The notes beneath the pieces were generated by a model that was given only the letters and a program-made list of their open reading frames with translations, was not told where the DNA came from and ran no database searches. A program made the position numbers and the translations under genes. From a virus (taxonomy: Duplodnaviria; Caudoviricetes), in the IMG/VR virus record IMGVR_UViG_3300044448_000824, positions 1-27,631 of that record: a stretch of DNA of 27,631 nucleotides; one strand, given 5' to 3'. Position 1 is the first letter of the stretch. Each line of letters starts with the position of its first letter. This document shows, piece after piece, positions 21,745-27,631 of the stretch.

Positions 21745-24700
21745 TATGCTTTGTTAAGTGCTTTACCTATATCTATACCTATAGCAAAGTGAGGTACATC
21801 AGGTTCAATGGCTTGCATTTCATTGACAGTCTTGCCATATCTTTCTAAGTAATATTCATCGGCTAGTGATCTAGCATTTCTAGGAAGTCTTGACCAGTTA
21901 GCTCTGTCAAATGGTGTGTAAGCCTTATCTGTTTCCTGCCATGCTTCAGCTTCTCCTAAATCTTTTGCTATTCCACGTAGTTCTATTAGCATGTTATTCA
22001 TGGCAGCTTTCTTTTTATTAGAACTATCTAAACCTTTATAATAATCAGTCTCAATAAAGTTACCTAGTTGATTCTCTACTAGTCTACCCATAAATCTTTT
22101 TATGTATGCATCTGCTGTTTTATCACCAGAGGGTGTTACTATATTAAAAGTCTCAAACCCATTCTTAGTTATTTCTTTTTCTACAGCAGTTTGTCTTTCT
22201 CTAAACTGTGGACCTAGCAGTGCCTTTACTAGTGGGCTTTGCCTATACATAGGTGCATCTCTAGTAGGACTCTCTGCTACTGGATCATCATCAGATCTAA
22301 GAGGATTGTATTTAGCCATAGGCATCTGTCTTAACAGAGTTCTACGTGTAGCATCTAATCCCCTCTCTATAGCACCCTCTCCTGTAACCTGTCTAGGATC
22401 ACGTATAAGTGCCTGTTCTTTATCGAACTGTGCTAGTGTATCTGTTACTAGTTTAGCAGGTGTTAGATACATACTTCCCATTTCACCCACATACTTACCT
22501 ACTATCTCAGATACTTTCTCTGCTTTAATATCTTTAAGATTACCTTCCTGATTAAGTAAATCAAAGAATGTATCTACAACATAAGAAGATGCACCTGTAC
22601 GTAACTGTGCTCCTGTTAAACCACTTATAATCTCTTTAGTGCTAATCTTATCTGTTTCACCTCTAGCTATCTTAACTATTAGATCGGCCACTAAAAGATA
22701 TGGTGCAGCAGGAAAGAATGGTCTGGTGTCAGTTGTGCTACCATCACCCTTCTCTGAGTTCTTCATTAGATACCAGTCAATGTCCTGATTCTCTGCTCTA
22801 TACTTTATAGCTGCACCTAATGCAGCAGAACCTACAATAGACTTAGATAAGTTCTGTCTACCTTTTAACATCATAGCATCTGACATGGCATTAGATATGT
22901 CATCTGTTGCTTTAGATTTTCTGATTGCACCCATAGTCATTTGCATAAGTGCGTTAGGCATGTTTAGTGGGCTATATGTAAACTGCATCTGCATAGCATT
23001 TACCATAAACCTAGCATATGGATGTGTACCTGTACCCACAACAGGCACAAAAGGTAGGTTCTCAGTCATGCGTACAAAGTGATAACCTAGAGTATCACCA
23101 AACCTACCACCTGTTTGTTTAGGCATACGTGAGAATGTAAATGTCATAGCGTCATCAGCAGCTTTCTGCATAACACCTATAGGTACATTTTTATTCTGAC
23201 GCATTATTTTAAATACATCTTCACCTTCTCTACGTAGTTGCTTCTCTACTGACGCATTAAATACAGCCCTTCTAAAGAACACATCCTGTGCAATGTTTAG
23301 ACCATTAACTAGTCTTGCAAACTTACTTAATCCTTCATCACCACCTACATCCTGTAACGCTCTGTCTATCTGTCTTGCTAGTCTAGGCTGGTTCTGTAAT
23401 AATACCTTTGCCATCTCTTTACTGCCAGAGACATTGTTAAGTGCTGCTATAGTGCCAAAGGTATCGCTTAGTATATCACGTAAACCTTGTTGTACACCTT
23501 TAAACGATGCTTCACCTTTAGCAGTTGCACTTACAGCCTTACCAAAGTGATATATACCACTCTCAATAAAGTCAGCAAATGTACCCATAGTTAGCACACT
23601 ACCTGCTGTTGCTAAGTTACGTGCAGTAGTAGATATAGCAGATGTACCTATTGCTCTACGTTCTCTGTCAAATCTTCTGAGCAGATCATGCACTCGCCCT
23701 AATACAGATATAGTTTCACCATTTTTACCTGCCATGATGTCTAATCGTTTTGCTGCATCAGGGTCTATCTCTTTAAGTTTCTTCATTAACTTACCGATAG
23801 GTGAGTAAGCATTCATACCTTTTGCGTCATCGCTAACACTTTTCTGTGTAATCTGTGCAAAGTCTGTTACAGATAAACCTGCCTGTTTAAGAGCAGTTCC
23901 CAATACATCACCATCTATTACACCTTCTTTTTGTATTAACTCTGCCACTACCTCACTAGCTTTTTTATCAAGATCTAAATTTATCTTAGGTGCTAGTCCT
24001 CTAGCCACTAAGTCAGCCTGTTCTTCTAATATAGTTTTAGCTACGGCAGTTACTCTTTTTTGCAGTTCTATTTTTAATCTAGGTTGTAGCATGTCTGCAT
24101 TATCTACGTTGCTAAGTTCAGACATTAATCTCTGACCCTCTATAGGATCAAATGCTACATTCTTATCTAGTTTGTTAGACATGTCTGCTTGAAAAAACAC
24201 ATCATCACTAACGTCATCTGCCCAATCATCAACCTGTTTATCTACTAGTTCATCCTGTGAACGATATAGCGTTCCATCTGCAACTACACCTTCTCTACCT
24301 AGCTTTGTTGTTTGTCTAGATGTTATACCACCAACAGCACCACCCAATACAGCACCTAAACCTGTTGCTAGTCCTGCTTGAGCTATGTCTATATCACCTT
24401 CTTGATATAGTTCATCATCTTCTGCCTGTCTCAGTCTTTGATAGCCTATGTTTTCTATACCTGTTTGTGCACCTGCACCTAATGCTGTAAATCCTATCTC
24501 TTTTGTAGCTCTTGATCTAGCTGCTTTTTCTGCTGCTTCTCTACCACCAGCGATAAGTGCCTGTTTGATAGCTACTGCAGCACCTCTTGTAGCTAGTTTA
24601 CCTGCACCTAAACCTAATAAGTTGATGGGATCTGCTATAAGATAGAACATGGTGTCTCTAAGACCTTGAGCAAAGTCTGCACCACCCTCTTCAAAGATAG

Positions 24701-25211
24701 TAGGTAACCTGTCATCTATCTGTGCGTACAAGTAACCAAAGTTTTCTCTGTCCTCTTTAGACGCACCACGTAGATAGTCTATCTCTCCTGCTAAACCTAT
24801 TGTATTATTCTCTACATATCTAAGATGGGTAAGAAATCTTTCTAAGTATTCTTTGTTTGTCTCGTCAGGTAACATTGCACCATTATCACCAAACCTAGAA
24901 CTACTGTAGATTTTTAATCTTTCCATAAAGTTTTGGTCAGTGGCAAACTCATCAAATGATTTTTCTTCTTGCTCTAAATCAAATTGTTGAAGTGCACTAC
25001 GATCAGACGTATCTACCTGTTCTTGTGTAACAGGTTGTATTTCAGGTTCTTCTGCCTCTGTACCAACTAAAAGCTGATTATAGTCTATTGTGCCTTGCTC
25101 TACCTCTTCTTCTTGAGGCACAGTTTCTTGCTCCACCTCAACAGTTGTTTCAGGTGTTTCTTCTTCCTCTGCTTCTGTGCCAACTAAAAGCTGTTCATAT
25201 AATGCTGACAT
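21741..25211 (-). CDS. Large probable internal virion (ejection) protein, 1156 aa
   Basis: Very long ORF, acidic N-terminus, Gly/Ala-rich hydrophobic segments, last gene of the opposite-strand late operon; function inferred from size and position. Confidence 0.6.
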   Translation of the reverse strand: MSALYEQLLVGTEAEEEETPETTVEVEQETVPQEEEVEQGTIDYNQLLVGTEAEEPEIQPVTQEQVDTSDRSALQQFDLEQEEKSFDEFATDQNFMERLKIYSSSRFGDNGAMLPDETNKEYLERFLTHLRYVENNTIGLAGEIDYLRGASKEDRENFGYLYAQIDDRLPTIFEEGGADFAQGLRDTMFYLIADPINLLGLGAGKLATRGAAVAIKQALIAGGREAAEKAARSRATKEIGFTALGAGAQTGIENIGYQRLRQAEDDELYQEGDIDIAQAGLATGLGAVLGGAVGGITSRQTTKLGREGVVADGTLYRSQDELVDKQVDDWADDVSDDVFFQADMSNKLDKNVAFDPIEGQRLMSELSNVDNADMLQPRLKIELQKRVTAVAKTILEEQADLVARGLAPKINLDLDKKASEVVAELIQKEGVIDGDVLGTALKQAGLSVTDFAQITQKSVSDDAKGMNAYSPIGKLMKKLKEIDPDAAKRLDIMAGKNGETISVLGRVHDLLRRFDRERRAIGTSAISTTARNLATAGSVLTMGTFADFIESGIYHFGKAVSATAKGEASFKGVQQGLRDILSDTFGTIAALNNVSGSKEMAKVLLQNQPRLARQIDRALQDVGGDEGLSKFARLVNGLNIAQDVFFRRAVFNASVEKQLRREGEDVFKIMRQNKNVPIGVMQKAADDAMTFTFSRMPKQTGGRFGDTLGYHFVRMTENLPFVPVVGTGTHPYARFMVNAMQMQFTYSPLNMPNALMQMTMGAIRKSKATDDISNAMSDAMMLKGRQNLSKSIVGSAALGAAIKYRAENQDIDWYLMKNSEKGDGSTTDTRPFFPAAPYLLVADLIVKIARGETDKISTKEIISGLTGAQLRTGASSYVVDTFFDLLNQEGNLKDIKAEKVSEIVGKYVGEMGSMYLTPAKLVTDTLAQFDKEQALIRDPRQVTGEGAIERGLDATRRTLLRQMPMAKYNPLRSDDDPVAESPTRDAPMYRQSPLVKALLGPQFRERQTAVEKEITKNGFETFNIVTPSGDKTADAYIKRFMGRLVENQLGNFIETDYYKGLDSSNKKKAAMNNMLIELRGIAKDLGEAEAWQETDKAYTPFDRANWSRLPRNARSLADEYYLERYGKTVNEMQAIEPDVPHFAIGIDIGKALNKAY

Positions 25212-25219
25212 ACTAATCC

Positions 25220-26968
25220 CTATGTTACTGGTGAAGACATTAAGCCTCTTCTGCCTTGTCGCCTAGCCTCTGCTTCTCTTTTTTGCATTTCTCTTTTACC
25301 TTTAAAAGTTCTATTGTATCTTTCAACAGAACGATCAAAGGAAGATGTAGGTAAAGGAGATGAAGTAGGCGTAGTAGGTATTTGATCTAGTGTAGCTAAC
25401 TTCTTTCTGTCCTCTTTTACTTCTTCTAATAATTGTTTAGCCCTAGTTTCACTATGGCCCTGTTGTTTAAAGAGTTCTACAACAGTATCGTCTATTTTGT
25501 TTTCAGGAACATTAGCAGACTTTGTGTTTGTATACACTCGATTTACATTTTGTTTATTTAATTTAATTTTCCTACCCTTAACTTTACCTGTATCTGTACC
25601 TGCACCTTTATCTGTATCAGCTAATAAGTTTGATTTAGGTGGTAGAGCAGTAGTATCAACTGACACGCTACCCTGTGCTTCATTTATAAATCTAAGCACC
25701 CCTGAGTGACCCATTAACTCTGAGTTAGAAATAATTGCTTGTACTCCACTTGTACTAGCTCTAGGCAAATAAGCTCTAGCTACTTTCATAGCTTCACCTT
25801 CTCTAACCTTTGTAACTAGATTCATTTTTTCAGCACTATTCATAGCCTTTATAGCATTAATATCTACGCCAGAAACTTTAGATAGTGCCTGTGGGTTTAT
25901 GCGTTCAGGCGATTCAACTCCTTTAAAAAACACCTGACTTGTTACTTTTTTATCAAGCTCTTTAAGTTTTGAGGTAATAGTACCAGCAGATATTTTGCCT
26001 GTTGTTTTATTTTCGTTTTCTATTTCCTCTATTTCTTTTTTTGCTTGTATACCTTGCTCATAAAGTTTTGCAGCAAGTTTATATTCATCAGAATCTTTAC
26101 CAAAAGCATTTTCTGCAAATACCATTCTTTGAGAGGAACCAGCTATTAATGCGTCAGGACTTGTGTATATAGTTGTTTCAAACTTCATAGCTTCCTGACG
26201 TTTATAAAGATCTGTAGCCCTTGATCTAGCACCTAGTAGGTTATCATAAGTCTGTTGTTGTTTAGTGCTTAATGTATTATTTTTTATAGCCTCTGCATTT
26301 TTATTTTCAAAATCAAGAACATTACTAGTTGCTCTATTAAACTGTTGTAGTGGTTTCATCATTGGACCTCTAATAAGGCTCATATCTGCACCACCTGCAC
26401 CAAACTGTAGGTCAGGTCTTTCTGTTTCTTTACCATATAGACCCATAGCCTTGCGTTCTTCAAAGCCACGTTGTAGTGTTTCTTTTGGATCACCTGTAAA
26501 TAGACTAGCAATGCCTCTGTCAGACTTAACGCCAGTTAAGAACTCTGGTTCACCTAGCTGTATAGGTGCAACAATACCCTGTGCATACTCTAATTTAGTT
26601 TTAAGTGGGGCATCGGGATCAGTATTAACGTATTTAAAAAAATCTTTTGCATCTAGTCTATTACCACTTGCTCTTTCATCATCAAATGTTTTCATTAGCT
26701 GTCTTGTGCCATCTATTCCATTTTGATTAACATAGAAAGCAGCACGTTCAACAGCACGTGCATCATCACCAAACCTAGCAGCCAACTCTCCTATTAAAGA
26801 TTCTGTTCGTTCTAGCTTATCAGATCTTTTCTCTTTTAACCTATAGTATTCCTTAGTGTGAAAGTCTAATGCTCTATCAGTAAGTAAGTCTACACGCTTT
26901 TGTTCTTCTTTTATAGACTTTGATACAACGTCACCAATACCTGCTGCAACACCCATAAAGTTAACCAT
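25220..26968 (-). CDS. Probable internal virion protein, 582 aa
   Basis: Long helical ORF starting MVNFMGVAAGIG; co-oriented and coupled with its neighbours. Confidence 0.55.
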   Translation of the reverse strand: MVNFMGVAAGIGDVVSKSIKEEQKRVDLLTDRALDFHTKEYYRLKEKRSDKLERTESLIGELAARFGDDARAVERAAFYVNQNGIDGTRQLMKTFDDERASGNRLDAKDFFKYVNTDPDAPLKTKLEYAQGIVAPIQLGEPEFLTGVKSDRGIASLFTGDPKETLQRGFEERKAMGLYGKETERPDLQFGAGGADMSLIRGPMMKPLQQFNRATSNVLDFENKNAEAIKNNTLSTKQQQTYDNLLGARSRATDLYKRQEAMKFETTIYTSPDALIAGSSQRMVFAENAFGKDSDEYKLAAKLYEQGIQAKKEIEEIENENKTTGKISAGTITSKLKELDKKVTSQVFFKGVESPERINPQALSKVSGVDINAIKAMNSAEKMNLVTKVREGEAMKVARAYLPRASTSGVQAIISNSELMGHSGVLRFINEAQGSVSVDTTALPPKSNLLADTDKGAGTDTGKVKGRKIKLNKQNVNRVYTNTKSANVPENKIDDTVVELFKQQGHSETRAKQLLEEVKEDRKKLATLDQIPTTPTSSPLPTSSFDRSVERYNRTFKGKREMQKREAEARRQGRRGLMSSPVT

Positions 26969-27486
26969 TACTGTCTCCTACTCATTAGACCCATTACAGT
27001 ACCACCTAAGTTTTCAGGCATCTCTTCTTCTTCACCTTCCATTCCCGGCACTGGTAACTGTTCCCTTTTTATCTTTTCTTTTGCACGTTTAACAGCTAGA
27101 GCTATTGTAGAGCTTCTAGTATCTTCATCATCCTGATCTTCTTCTCTACCTGTTGTGTACTCTATACCTGCTGTCTCTGCTATGTATGACATTAATTCTA
27201 CAATGATTGGTATCATCAGTATGCCCACATCAGCAGAATGTTTACCCTCCATGACTGCACCTAGTTGCATAGCATTAGCTATGGTAGATAGTGGTATACC
27301 TGTCTCTATAACATCTAGTAATTGCTCTACAAAGTTAGGCTCTAGTAAACGTGGTACGTAAAACTCCATAGCCTGATCTACAGTATTGTACTGTGGAGGT
27401 TGTTGCCACGGCCTATTACCATACTCTGCTGTTAATCCCTGACCCGGTATAGGACCATCAATCATTAGTTCTTGCATCTCAGCCAT
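26968..27486 (-). CDS. Hypothetical (probable virion-associated) protein, 172 aa
   Basis: PIPGQGLT...RPWQQPPQ N-terminal motif; GAGG RBS; TAATG coupling to the next gene. Confidence 0.7.
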   Translation of the reverse strand: MAEMQELMIDGPIPGQGLTAEYGNRPWQQPPQYNTVDQAMEFYVPRLLEPNFVEQLLDVIETGIPLSTIANAMQLGAVMEGKHSADVGILMIPIIVELMSYIAETAGIEYTTGREEDQDDEDTRSSTIALAVKRAKEKIKREQLPVPGMEGEEEEMPENLGGTVMGLMSRRQ

Positions 27487-27631
27487 CTTTTAAACCCTCA
27501 CGTTTTTGTTTTATCATTTCTACTATCTGTGCCATACGCATGATAGGTTGCGTAGTATCACTCTCTTGTTTTCTTGTTTGTGTGCGTTGTAATAAACCTG
27601 CCTCTTGTTTTTTATTTGTTTTAGGCACAGT
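27479..27631 (-). CDS. Partial (5'-truncated) hypothetical protein
   Basis: The minus frame is open from the window edge: TVPKTNKKQEAGLLQRTQ...QKREGLKDG*; its stop overlaps the next start region. Confidence 0.5.
   Translation of the reverse strand, partial: TVPKTNKKQEAGLLQRTQTRKQESDTTQPIMRMAQIVEMIKQKREGLKDG

Noticed and set aside
22102-27361. Plus-strand ORFs inside the late region
   Set aside because: They are antisense shadows of the long minus-strand genes.

Overview
This window is part of a dsDNA podovirus-type phage genome. It is most consistent with the marine HMO-2011-type group that infects alphaproteobacteria (SAR116/Roseobacter): the family A DNA polymerase carries a DnaJ-type (CxxCxGxG)x2 zinc finger, a tyrosine integrase precedes separate primase and helicase genes, and no phage RNA polymerase lies in the window. 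Layout: (i) 1-8.9 kb, + strand early/accessory region. Its first 4 kb is punctuated by five copies of a near-palindromic element (AAGTCCAAYRTTGGACCTAACAWTGGAGA) at gene boundaries, four of them fused to the next gene's RBS. It carries candidate DNA-modification genes (GP88-like, PAPS-reductase-like, Mom-like), an ArfA-like ribosome-rescue protein, a DUF1674/SDHAF4-like protein, a SleB-type hydrolase, a pyrimidine-dimer glycosylase-like protein and pstS. (ii) 8.9-21.7 kb, + strand integrase, replication and nucleotide-metabolism module (HNH, primase, helicase, 2OG-oxygenase-like, PolA, SSB-like, Cas4-like exonuclease, endonuclease I, DUF3310, class II RNR, RMF-like, MazG). (iii) 21.7-27.6 kb, - strand large proteins, probably internal virion proteins. 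The best candidate for an undescribed system is the palindrome-bounded early gene-cassette array, which could be an operator array or an integron/PeSL-like shuffling system. Next are the ribosome-targeting (ArfA-like, RMF-like) and SDHAF4-like host-takeover genes. All family calls come from motif recognition by eye; no database searches were run.
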